64,000 nt of DNA from the human T2T-CHM13v2.0 reference genome, Homo sapiens, in the NCBI RefSeq assembly GCF_009914755.1, contig NC_060925.1. One strand, given 5' to 3'. Shown one piece after another: positions 43,720 to 56,539 of this stretch. The translations under genes and the position numbers were made by a program. Each line of letters starts with the position of its first letter. The stretch's first letter is position 1. The notes beneath the pieces are model-generated. The model ran no database searches, had not been told where the DNA came from, and worked only from the letters and a program-made list of their open reading frames with translations.

Positions 43720-43890
43720 TTCTAAAAGCCTGTGTTTTGTGTTTGTGACACGAGCTAAGTCTTGTTCCACCACTTACTGTTAGTGTCACCGTGGACCAGT
43801 TTCTTAAACTCTCTAAGCCTCAGTTTCTTCATTTGTAAAATAGCACACTTAACATATACCAGAATAAGCTCTGAATAAGTTAGCTACTAT
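43720..43890 (+). mobile_element. MIR
   Basis: ctctctaagcctcagtttcttcatttgtaaaat. Confidence 0.7.
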
Positions 43891-45255
43891 TTATTTATAA
43901 GCAATAGAATCAAAGAGGTTTTAAATGTCACTAAGTTTTGGACTGAGTTTTTCAGAGCCCAGTCAAAGGTGCTTTGTGGGGAGTAGGAGTAAAGGTAGGA
44001 GATCAAGCAGACACACCCCTGCTTACCCAGAATCACTCTGCATTCATCTGGTTGATGGAACTTTTATGTAGGTTTTAGGGAAAAGGAAAAGGAAGAGTTA
44101 GTCCAAGCTGCAAAACTGGTGCCAGAATCTCCTCTTAAACGTCCTGGTCAAATGGTTGTCCAGTCTTTTCTTGAACACTCAAATTCTCTCAGTGAGGCCC
44201 CAAATTAATTTGCTTAGCAATTTTCCTATTCTTTAGAATATGAGAAGCTCAAACAAATAGCTAACCAAGTTTTATTGCCTTGAGGAAATCCTGCCAGACC
44301 TACTTTAATGAAAAGAGCATTGTTCAAAATTAATTGAAGTCCAATACTCCTACAGTAGTGCTACAATAGTTACCAAAAACAGTTGTCCTCCATCGGTTAT
44401 AAATGTCTCCCAGCAATCTTGGCCATGCTGTTAATTTGCTTAGCAAATCCGTTCAGTTATGTTGAGCATAAAGAGAGTTTCAGCCTAGACCCTTGTGCAA
44501 ATGTCCACAAATTCTGAATCAATTGAGTTAGTGTTGCTATAATGATGTTTTCTACTCTATAGCACTGGTTTTTCAAACCATTTTCATATCTAATGTCTTA
44601 CTTTAGTCAGTTCCTCAAAGTTGAAATGAGATGAGATCAAATCAAATCAAATTCTATAGGTCAGCACACTCTGGAAACTGCAAGGCTCTGTAAGTGATTG
44701 TTGCTAATAGGTTATTAGACCCCAGGTTCCTGGCTCTGACTCACAGCCTGGCCTGTCTTCCGAGGCCATGTGGCCTCTTCACTCCAAAGGGCTGGAGGAT
44801 GCCTCGAATGTCTTCCAAGACCAAGGAGGGCCCTGAGGCTTGGTGACTGGCAGATGCTGGTGCAGATGGGTGCAGAAGTGAGCAGATGCACCGTGTGTAG
44901 TGCTGTCAGGAATGGGTAGCTGAAGAACCCCTCATGCACACCTGAACGCTTGCCCTTTGGTTTGTGGTTGTCACTGCTCTTTGCTTAGCTTGCTGTTGCC
45001 ACTCCATTTCCATTTCAGAATCATATCTATCTTTTAAGCCAGGCCAAGCAGTTCACATGCCACCTGCTTCAGGAGCCTGCTCTGGTCATCTCAAGGTCAA
45101 GTCATCCCTCCCTCTCTGAACATTTTAAGCTCTTTGCCCCACTCCCCTGACCCTGCCTCCACATTGCCTTGTGCTGCGGCTATGGAACAAGGCATTTCTT
45201 GCCCATTTGTTTACAAGCAACTTGAGAGCACACACTGTGTTATATGGAGCTGATT

Positions 45256-45670
45256 GTGGCAGACACGGCTATTGTCCCAAGTACCCAGGCCCCCTTCTTC
45301 CTTCCAGTGAGTTTTGGCCAAGCATATGGCTGCCCAGCTAGAGCTGCATTTCTCAGATTCCTCTGCAGCTAGGCATGGCCCTGTGAGGTGTTTGTCAATT
45401 GGATGAGAGCAGAAGTGAGGTGAACCTCCACTTCAAATTTTTAACAATGAAGTAGCTTGTCCCCTTTGCCCTTTCCCCTTCCCATGGTCTGGAAAGCAGA
45501 TGAAGCAGATAAGAACCAGACCCTGGGGATGGCAGAGTCACAAGATAGGAGGCACCTGGGTCCCCAGCAAAGCTCCCTGCTACCTCAAACACTTACGTGA
45601 GAAATAAACTACAATTTTCCTTAAACTATTCTTTTTTAGGATCTTTTTATTAAAACTGCTTTGCCTAAGC
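45256..45670 (+). mobile_element. MLT1J-like MaLR LTR
   Basis: tgtggcagac start; ggggatggcagagtcacaagataggaggcacctgggtccc; gtgagaaataaac. Confidence 0.7.
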
Positions 45671-45693
45671 ACTCATCAGCGCAGAAGTGCTCA

Positions 45694-46143
<450 letters not shown>

Positions 46144-46649
46144 CTAATGGCGGCTGATTTTCCTGATAGAGAAGGAACCAGGGAAGATTTGGGGGAAGTG
46201 AAGAAAGACCTATTTTTAGAGGATGAGTCCCTCAGGGAGTCCAGTGACTGCTTTGCTACTGCTACACTTTTTGTGTGATGTTAGGATACTCCCCAGGGAC
46301 CTGTCGTCAGAAAACCCAGAAGGGAATTTCCTATTCTACCAGGAGTTGACTTGAAGTATCTAGAGCTGGCAGTGCATCAGAGCAAGGATTTGTAACAAAG
46401 GGCAATAAAGGCCATTCAAATAAGTCTATCTTTCTAATGGCAATATTCTTTAAGAAATTTAGAATGTTTTGTATGTGCAATCTACTACCTCTGTTAAGTG
46501 AAGTGGAGAAAAGGAATATGTGCTCCACATTCCTCACAAGGCTGTAGTGAGAATCAAGTGAGATCATGTGTGTGAAAGTGCTCCATTAACTTAAGTACAA
46601 TAATAGATGGCCAGTGTTATGTCTGCCTGGTAACTTACTTCCATTATTT

Positions 46650-47030
46650 ATCCGTATGATTCTGGTTGGCTGCTAATCACAGTTCCTTCTCCTGGGTCAA
46701 TATATCAAGAAAGTGACCTAAATCTCTCCAATTATAGTCCCCAATTCCTTGGCCACAGTAATTAGTCCAAAGGGTGAACACGTGATTGACTGGATCACTG
46801 AGAGCTCTTCTCGAGGAAGAGCTTTATACCCTCTCTCTTTCTCTTGGGCTATTAGCAGGGATGAAGTGATCCTCAAGCTCTTTGCAGCCATGGGTTTTGA
46901 ATGGAGGAAGAAGAAATTCAGAGATGGAGATGGATGATTGTGTCTGAGACCAATCAATATTCTGGCATATTGATTTTTTCCTTAGGCTTATTTGAGTTGG
47001 ATATTTGTCACCTGAGACCAAAATAATCCT
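46650..47030 (+). mobile_element. MLT1 (K/L-like) LTR fragment
   Basis: attccttggccacagtaattagtcc; ttgagttggatatttgtcacctg. Confidence 0.5.
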
Positions 47031-47249
47031 AAAAAAAATGCTCTGTACAAGTAATGCATCATTATTTAAAAGACTCATTCAAATGAACTTGGAGAACTTA
47101 TTTAGAGATTCCAGCTAGGAACAATGCCACTTGAGACTCTTTAACAAAGAATGGCCATCCTTGGTCTGGAAAAGTTATCCTTTTTGACCAACCACATGGC
47201 TTCTAAGGGGAGACACACACAGTGATGAAGGTGGAAGCGGAACCCAGCT

Positions 47250-48570
47250 AGCCAGTGAATCCAGTCTAGCCCATCCTGGAGATCATTGGGATAATAGTTT
47301 TGCTTGAATATTTCCAAGGATGGGATCATCACCCTTCACAAAGCAGACCACTCTATTGCTGGACACCTCTGATTCCTGGAAATAGACTCAAATCTGGTCC
47401 TTTCAGATTTTTTTTTTTTTTTTTGGTCTTTGTTTCCCTCTCTGAAAATACACAGGATTTCAACCTGCCACCCCACCCCTACCCACACCCCTTCTATGTA
47501 GATGATTCTTCAGATAGATAGATAACATATTTGCCTAAGTCTTTTCTTCTCTGGATTAAAAATCAACTTTGCTCAGGTGATGATGCTATTAAACTCTTCA
47601 TCAACCTGACATGTCTCTCTCAATACCTGCCAACTAGTCAACATCTCCTTTCAACCATGAAACACAAACCACACTCTCAATTGCAGTTCTGTTCTACCAG
47701 GGCAGAGCATTCCAGAGCTATCACCACCCTTCATCTGGAGTCTATACATTCTAGAAATGCAATCTATGTTTATGTCTTTTTTAAAAAAATTCTTTGTAGG
47801 CTGGCTGAAGTGGCTCATGCCTGTAATCCCAGCACTTTGGGAGGCCGAGGAGGGTGGATATTTGAGGTCAGGAGTTTGAGACCAGCCTGACCAACATGGT
47901 GAAACCCCATCTCTACTAAAAAATACAAAAAGTAGCCGGGTGTGGTGGCACAGCCCTGTAATCCCAGCTACTTGGGAGGTGGAGGCAGGAGAATCTCTTG
48001 AACCCGGGAGTCAGAAGTTGCAGTGAGCTGAGATTGAGCCACTGCACTCCAACATGAGCGACAGAGTGAAACTCTGTCTCAAAAACAAAACAAAACAAAA
48101 CAAAAACCAAAAAAACCAAACCCTCTTTTTTATACTGTTGACTCTTATTGAGCTTAAATAAACTTAAAGTTATTAATTCTTCTCTCTCATGAGTGCTGTT
48201 AACCCATCTTTTACTTTTGTGGCTTGTTTTTTGAAACTAAGTGAAAGAAGTTACATTAATTTTGAGGTATTCATTACAGTCCATCATTTCATGATTTTAA
48301 CTGAGTATGTTAACAAATATGTTTTCTACATTGCTCGGAGTTGGATTGTTTGCAAAGCAGATAAACTTGCTGCTTTGACTTTATTCAAATCATTGATTAA
48401 AATATTGAATAGGATTGGGCCAAGGGCAAGGATCCTCCCTTCAGAAGGCCAGGGTTTTATTACTGGATAAGGGCCTTCAGCCACCTATGAATCTACCCAT
48501 GGATACACTGACTGTCCAGCCCACATTTCTCCATCTGATTTTCATCATGATAAATTTGTCAAACTCCTGA
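47250..48570 (-). mobile_element. L3/CR1 LINE with RT remnant, split by an Alu
   Basis: Reverse complement of ~48383-48424 reads LGPILFNILINDL (CR1 RT motif), followed by a degenerate FADD (FANN). Confidence 0.7.
47799..48120 (+). mobile_element. AluS
   Basis: Full dimer, (CAAAA)n tail. Confidence 0.93.
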
Positions 48571-49362
48571 ACTGACTTAATTAATGCATTAATTATAACT
48601 GTCCCTTAGCATTAGAGAAAACTCTAGACCAATGGGCATGGCACAAGTTCATTTTGTGGGTGGAGTCAGAGGAGCAGCAAAATGGGCCCCACAGAGAGAT
48701 CAGAGCAGCACAGAGGCCCTGGGTATCTAAGGGTGTGGGAGGTTTTGGAGATGAGGAAGTTAGATGATTTCATTCCTTTCACAGTTTGCCCAGGCAGATC
48801 TCATAGGGGATATATATGAGCTTTAGTCAGTGAGTATGCAGTTAACTAGCACTTCATAGCGGTGAGACACTGTGGCATAAGCACAGTACTACAAAGACAG
48901 TCCCTCCACTCCCAGGACCAGAATCAACATATCCTCATTACGAGAATTTTAGGCACATCTTAAGACTTTCCTGAAGCCCTAGAGCCCTTAAGCTTGGGCA
49001 GGAGAGAAACTGTGCTAAACTTCTCTAAGAGCTGGTGTTGGGCAGGGGGCTCCATAGAGCACGTCTTCTGGGGAAGGTTATACAGGATCTGTAATACTAC
49101 AAAGGGGGCAAAGCTCTGATGCAGGAGTCAAGGAGCCTAGGGAACACTGGACACATACTCTGTGAGACTTGCTGAGCACAGAGAAGCTGGCTAAGACTTC
49201 CCTGGGGACTTTTCACCATGGGAGTTTGAATTTAGGTTTGCGTGTTTATGTGAAATTCTTCACATTGAACATTTGTGAGAAGATAGCATTTCAGAATTGT
49301 ACCAGTTTTGTAGGACTGTTGGAATAAATTATCCCAATGGGTGACTTAAAACAATAGAACTC

Positions 49363-49980
<618 letters not shown>

Positions 49981-50557
49981 AAAACAATAGAACTCTTGCA
50001 GTTCTGCAGTCCAGAAGTCTGAAATCATAGTGTTAGCAGGGCCACACTCCCTTCTGAGGCTCTTGGGAAGAATCTATTCCATGCCTCTCTCCTAGCTTCT
50101 AGTGACTGGGGCAATCCTTGGCATTCCTTGGTTGTAGACACATCAATCCCATTTCTGCCTCTGTCTTTACATGGCCTTCTCCTCTTCCGTCTGTCTCAAA
50201 CATCCCTCTGCCCTGATATTATAAGGACACTGGCCATTGGATGTAGGGCCCACTGAATATCCAGAATGATTTCATCCCAAGAGTCTTAGTTTAATTACGA
50301 CTGCAAAGATCCTTTTTCCAAACCAGGTAACATTTACAAATTCTAGGGATTGAGACATAGATATGCATACATCTTTTGGGGACCACCATTCAAGAATCCA
50401 TCTTAATCTTCTACCAAGTCACTCTCTCATGTGGACCTGGAGCAGTGTTCTTGCTGCCAAAAGCAATCAAGAGCTGCAGCTGAAAATGAACAGTGTTATG
50501 TATCAGCACCTATGGAGGGAAGCATAGTACAGTGTTTACTGGGACATGGAGAAAGGA

Positions 50558-50597
50558 CACATGTGCGTGCACACACACGCACACACACACACACACG
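50558..50597. repeat. (CA)n / alternating purine-pyrimidine microsatellite
   Basis: cacatgtgcgtgcacacacacgcacacacacacacacacg. Confidence 0.85.
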
Positions 50598-51329
50598 AAA
50601 CATTTTATTTTAAGCCCACCAAATATCAAGCAGAATCTATTTTCCTTAGATATATCACACCAACTGGAGTGCCTGTAAGTACAACTTGGGTGTGTATATG
50701 CATTATGTGTTTAAAATAATCATTTAATTAAGATCCATTGTTATTTTCATTTGTTACTTTTGCTTTTTTTTTTTAATAGTTTGAAGGCTGCTTCTCACTT
50801 ATCATCAGATCATTGCATTCTTCCCTAGTCTCACTCTTTCACTTGACTCCTTTTGCTCCACCCCAGGTCTTTGATGCTCAGCAAACAGCTGATCAGGGGC
50901 CTCTTCTTCCTGTTGTTCACCTGGACTCTCTGGCCACACGTGCCCCATTCCTAATAGCTCCTCCCACCTATTCTAATCATCCCCAAATGGCTGCTGTTGG
51001 ATGAATTAGCACATGAAGACACCCTGGGAGGAGGGCCAGGGAGCAAGACAGTAAAAATCATTACTGCTAAAGGGCCACTGTTTAAGTAGTAGTTGTGAGC
51101 TAAATTCTTTCATTCATCATTCTTTTGGCAGATACTCTCTGAGCACCTGTTATGTGCAAGACACCATTCTGGATCCTAGGAGATGGGGGAATGTAAAGAT
51201 GATCTCTGCCTCTGAAGCATTTAATGCAATTTTGTAACATCCCATCTTTCAGACTGAGAATTTTGAATCCAAAGTAAAGAAGACAAAATCATGTCAGTAG
51301 AGCGGCCATATGGAACATTGTAAATGTCT

Positions 51330-51540
51330 TACTGTTTTCGTTCTATATAGGCAGGATTCGCATACATTACCTCATTAAAATTAATGTTGTCACCCTGGTG
51401 AGGTGAGTCGCAGCTCACAGTTTTCAGAGGAGGAAACTGAGGCTCAAGTGATAAACGAGTCTGACCCAGCTTCGCAGTCAGTGAGCAGCAGAGCGGGGGT
51501 CCGAGTCCAGGTGGCCTCCATGAAGTCTGCAACTCTTTCC
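51330..51540 (-). mobile_element. MIR
   Basis: cagaggaggaaactgaggctcaag. Confidence 0.65.
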
Positions 51541-51989
51541 AACTCTGCTGTGAAAGAGGTGGGGCTTGTCTTTGCTCTTTCCCACCTCGACTTCTGAGCC
51601 ATTGTCAGCGCTCCTCCTTTCTCTTCCTCTACTGGTCCTGAGACCCTGTGTCCCTGGGACTCCTGGCCTCCCCCACCCCAAGACTGCTTGCACTGGCTCC
51701 TCTTCAGGGTCGTTGCTTCTCAGTTCTCTAATTTGATAAATTACGCTAATGGCTGAAAATAGGTCAAACACTGCACATTTTCAATCCTATTTTAAGCTTT
51801 GGGGAGATCAAGCTTCAATAGAAAATGAATACAAAGACTATTTAATGGACATGCTGGGTGAAGGATAAACTACTTTCCTCATAATACAAACATTTATACA
51901 GCATTTATTATCTTGGAGGAAATGAGCTAGGAAATCCATGGGCAGTATGGTGCAATCATGCCCCCCCACCATCCCAATGCTGTGGCACA

Positions 51990-52190
51990 GAAAGTTTGGC
52001 ATGGAGAGCCGGTCAGAGCTCTGTTTGAGTCCTTGATGTGAGACACTGGCCAAGTGGCAAGCTCTTGTTGCCACAGGTCTGTAAAATGGAGATGAGAATA
52101 CCTACTCACGAGGTTCCTGTGGGGATTTGATGAGCTATAGGTAGGCATGCCTGCTAGGTATTAGGAGTTTAATTTTTGAATATGTTAGTT
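51990..52190 (+). mobile_element. MIR
   Basis: ctgtaaaatggagatgagaatacctactcacgaggtt. Confidence 0.6.
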
Positions 52191-52589
52191 CCTTTCCTTC
52201 TCAGAAAGCTAACATTGCAGTTAGGGAGGTAAAGTCACTAACAGGAATTTACTTGAGGTTAACTGCCTTTCCAACAGCCTCACCTTTCTGAACCTTGCAA
52301 AAGAACCACACAATCTAGGAAGGTGGTACTTATCGGGAACATAAGTGCTGCTTATTGGGATAGGTGACATGCAAACCACAGGATATAAGCACAGGTGAGA
52401 GGACACCAGCTCAGGTGAGAGGGCAGGAGTGAAGGCGAGAGGGCAGGGATACAGGTGAGAAGGTTGGGGTGCAGGTCTATGCCAAGCGGGTAAGGTCAAG
52501 CATGTATGGGGTTGGAGGGCAGGAAAGGAGGTGGTGGTGCGTGACAGGGAATGTGCCTCCCTTCCTTGAGTCACTTCTTGTCTTCTTGG

Positions 52590-53045
52590 CAATCTTTAAA
52601 AGCATGTCTTGAATTATCAAAATGATATATGCTTGTAAAAAGAAAAAGTCCAAACACTGCAAAATTGTGTAAGTTCTTTATCAAATTCATGTCCATTGCT
52701 TCTCTGATTCTCCCAGTCCCGCTGCCTAGCACTAAGTATTAACTGATGTTGTCCTTCCATACCTTCATCTATGCCAGGTCAAACATTTTTTTAAAAATTT
52801 TTAAATCATTGCTTTAATTTTAAAACACTGTTTTACCCTAAGAATTGTTCTGCAACTTGCTCTTTTCAGTTTTTGTTTTTTTACTCGAAATCTATCATAG
52901 CCAATGTTCCACATCAGTAAGTACAGATGTACCTCATTATTTTTGAAAGTGCTGAATAGTACTACATAGCACAGATAGATATAATTTATTTAATTTGTTC
53001 TCAGTAAATTGTCCTCAATTTTTTGCTATTATAAACAATGGGCAA
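52590..53045 (-). mobile_element. L1ME 3' end fragment
   Basis: ttgttctgcaacttgctcttttca...tttgctattataaacaatg. Confidence 0.6.
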
Positions 53046-53049
53046 TTTC

Positions 53050-53830
53050 TTCATTAATTCCACAGATGTGAACTGAGTAGTTACTATGTATTAGCCACCA
53101 GGCTGTGCCTTAGAGACACAAAAGTGAGTAAAAAGGTCACAGTCCTGTGCCCAAGGATCTCGTGGGCTGGGGAAAGCCTACTTCAGTGCAATAATCACAC
53201 AGGCCAATGTAAATTGCAACTGTGACTGGGAGGCACACAACTCTCTCGGGGATTAAAATAAGAAGCTGTGACTTTGACAGGAAGTGGAGGAGGGCTTCCA
53301 TAGGGATGATGGCTGAGGCAGTAGCAGTCACCTAGGTGCAGTAGGGTTATAGCTCTTTCATGCAGAGAACAGCTGCAGAATAGGCCAGCTGTGAAAAGAG
53401 CTGGAAAGCACAGGACTAAGGCAGACCAGAGTGGCAGTGGGTGGAGCACAGGGAATCAGTGGGGAGGAGAAGCAGCCTGCAGGGCTAGACCAGCAGGGCC
53501 TTGAGTCCACTTATGAGGTTTACCCTCTCTCCTGAGAGCCATGTGATTCCATGAGCGTGTTTAATGCACAGCGTGATGCACAGTGGACCTGTTAGGAGGG
53601 ACTGCTCTGGTGGGAGATGATGGAGCTTGGCCTATGGTGGTGGCTATGGAGGGGAGAGAAGGGAATTCTTAGAAATATTAAGGAAATAAATGTCATTATT
53701 AGGGGTTTGGTGACAGAAGTCATGGGGCCTGTGGCCGGGGGTGAGATATCAGAGTGACTCCTAGATTTCTGGCTTGTGTGATTTGCAGTGAGGATACCAC
53801 TTACTGAGATAGGCAACATGAACCACAGAG
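53050..53830 (-). mobile_element. L2
   Basis: actgagtagttactatgt...; gagtgactcctagatttctggcttg...ccacttactgagatagg. Confidence 0.65.
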
Positions 53831-54011
53831 GGGGGTAAAGTGGAGGGGGAAAGGAGAGGGCAGGACACAGCCACCTCCCTTGGGCAACATTTGCCATCAC
53901 TCTCCTTACTAAATATACCCTGTCATAGTAATTATCTTAATTTAATGTAATTGTTCCCTGTTGGTTCATTTTTCTACTTTTACACTCTTCAGGAGCGGGA
54001 TCTACACCTTT

Positions 54012-54455
54012 TAATCTTTAAATCCTCACTGCTGTAAAAAATAACTGAAAGTTGTGTGGCTTAAAACAACAACAGAAATGTACAGTTCTGGAGGCCCGCA
54101 GTCCACGATCACAGCGTGGGCAGAGCCACACCTCCTCTGAAGGCTCTCTGGAGAATCCTTCTTGGCCTCTTCCAGTGTTTGGAGGCCCCTGGCATTCCCT
54201 GGCCTGGGGCAGCATCACTCCATGTCGTCTCTGTTTTCACATGGGCTTCTCCTCTGTGTCTCTGTCCTCCTTTCTCTTAAAAGGACAACTGGTACTGAAT
54301 TTAGAGCTCACCCTAAATCCAGAATAATCTCATTTTAGGCTCCTTAACTTAATTACCTCTACTAAGGTCTCTTTTCCAAAGAAGATCACATTCACAGGTT
54401 CTGAGGGTTAGGACATGGACATATATTTTGTGGGGTCACTACTAGACCCACTACA
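54012..54455 (-). mobile_element. MLT1C-like MaLR LTR
   Basis: ggcttaaaacaaca...acagttctggagg...ccttaacttaattac...ggttaggacatggacata...cccactaca. Confidence 0.8.
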
Positions 54456-54671
54456 CTCAGTAAGCACTGGACGGATGAGAGTCGGTCATACAAAGAACAG
54501 GGTACAGTTTAATAACGCTGAAGCAGGGAGCACTGGGCTGGGAAACTAGACAGGAGCAAGATCCTGAATGGCGTGTAAACCCAGCTCTGGAGTTAAGACT
54601 GTATTCCCTAGAGTATTTTTTCATAACTCACTTGCTCCAAAAATCACCTGGGAGTTAAGACTGTATCCCCT

Positions 54672-54860
54672 AGGGTGATGTTTCACAACTCACCAGCTCC
54701 AGTAATCATCTGGGGTACCTGCTGTTAAACACTCCGATTCCCAGCCCCTTCACAACCTAGTGAATCAGATTTTTCTCATGGGAGTGGACTGAAAATCTGA
54801 ATGCCTGACAAGTGCCCCAGATCATTGTAATCTCATTCTTAAAACCTATGGAAGCCTTCT
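54672..54860. mobile_element. MER5-type hAT MITE
   Basis: aatcatctgggg...gattcccagcccc...tgaatcaga...acaagtgccccag. Confidence 0.55.
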
Positions 54861-54879
54861 AGGGGAGAGGGTCTGTAAA

Positions 54880-55775
54880 ATGGGACAACGGCTACAACAG
54901 TTTCTTAAAAGTTAAACATATACCTGCCATTTAATCCAGCCATTCCACTTTGATGGATTTACCTAAGAGGAAAAAAGGCATATGTGTACACAGAGACTTG
55001 TAGTTGAGTGTTCATGGCAGCTTTGTTTGTAATAGTAAAAGACTGAGGGCTGGGTGTGATGGCTCACACCTGTAATCCCAGCACTTTGGGAGGCCAAGGC
55101 AGAAGGATTGCTTGAGCCCAGGAGTTTGAGACCAATCTGGGCAACACAGGGAGACCCTATTTCTACAAAAACTAAAATATTAGCCAGGTGTGGTGCACAT
55201 GCCTGCGGTCCCAACTACTTGGGAGGCTGAGGATCGCTTGAGTCCGGAAATCTGAGGGTGCAGTGAGCTGTGATGGCGCCACTGTACTCCAGCCTGGGCG
55301 ACAGAATGAGACTTTGTCTCAAAGACAACACAAAACTGAAAAAAACCCAGATGTCCATGAACAGGTGAATGGATAAACAAATTGTGGCAAGTACATACAA
55401 TGGAATTCTACTGGGCAATATAAAGTAATGAAGCACACTTCAACATAGATGAATCTCAAAATAGCTCTGTTGAGTGAAAGGACACAAATAAAAGAGTATA
55501 TACTCAATGATTCCATTTGTTTAAAATGCTAGAAAATGCAAACTGCTCTAAAGTGACAGCAGATTCATGATACCTGGGGGCAGGTGGGAAGGGAGTGCTG
55601 GGGTGAGGGACTAAAAGGGGCACCAGGAAACTTTTGGGGTGAGGGATATGTGCACTGTCTTGATCATGGTTCTGTTTCACAAGCCTATCCATGTGCCCAG
55701 ACTTATCAAACTGTATGCTTTAAATATGTTCAGTTTATTGTATATCAATTATACCTCAATAAAACCATTTTTAAA
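54880..55775 (+). mobile_element. L1M (MC/MD/ME-type) 3' end split by an AluJ
   Basis: ccagccattccact...; gaaacttttggggtgagggatatgtg...ttatacctcaataaa. Confidence 0.8.
55048..55335 (+). mobile_element. AluJb-like
   Basis: ggattgcttgagcccaggagtttgagacc; J-type right arm. Confidence 0.9.
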
Positions 55776-55807
55776 AACTCACTGGAACATAAAAATGCAT
55801 TACAAAT

Positions 55808-56398
55808 TTAATTTTTTTATTTCAACAGCTTTTGGGGTGCAAGTAGTTTTTGGTTGCATAGATGAATTCTATAGTGGTGAATTCTGAGATTTTAGTGCTC
55901 CTGTCACCCAAGTAGTGTACATTGTACCTAATATGTAGTTTTTTTATCCGACACCCCTTCCACCTTCCCACTTCTGGCTCTTCAATGTCCAGTATACCAC
56001 TCTGTATGCCTGTGCATATTCATAGCTTAGCTTTCACTTATAAGTGAGAACATATAGTGTTTGGCTCTCCATTTCCGAGTTACTTCACTTAGAATAGTGG
56101 CCTTCAGCTTCATCCAAGTTGCTGCAAAAAAACATTATTTTGTTCCTTTTTATGGCTGAGTAGTATTCCATGGTGTATATCTACCACATTTTCTTTAGCT
56201 ACTCATTGGTCTTTATCCACTCATTGGTCGATGGGCACTTAGGTTGGTTCCATGTCTTTGCAACTGTGAACTGGGCTGAAATAAACATACATGTCCATGT
56301 GTCTTTTTCCTAGAATGACTTCTTTTCCTTTGGGTAGATACCCAGTAGTGAGATTGCTGGATCAAATAGTAGATCTATTTTTAGTTCTTTAAGGAATC
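55808..56398 (-). mobile_element. L1PB (PB1-like) 3' end
   Basis: atagtggtgaattctgagattttagtgc; candidate TSD cactgga(a/g)cat at 55780-55790 and 56399-56409. Confidence 0.85.
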
Positions 56399-56539
56399 CA
56401 CTGGAGCATTTTTAATTAAAGTAGAGGCATGATCAGATTTTCAGAGATCTGCCAGTGGTACAAAAATGGGGAAGACACAAAATAGGGGAACCAGTCAGGG
56501 GATAATTACATACATAGGTAAGAGAGGTAGTGCTGGTTC

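Noticed and set aside
56192-56229. 18-bp tandem duplication in the L1PB
   Set aside because: Ordinary slippage in a dead element.
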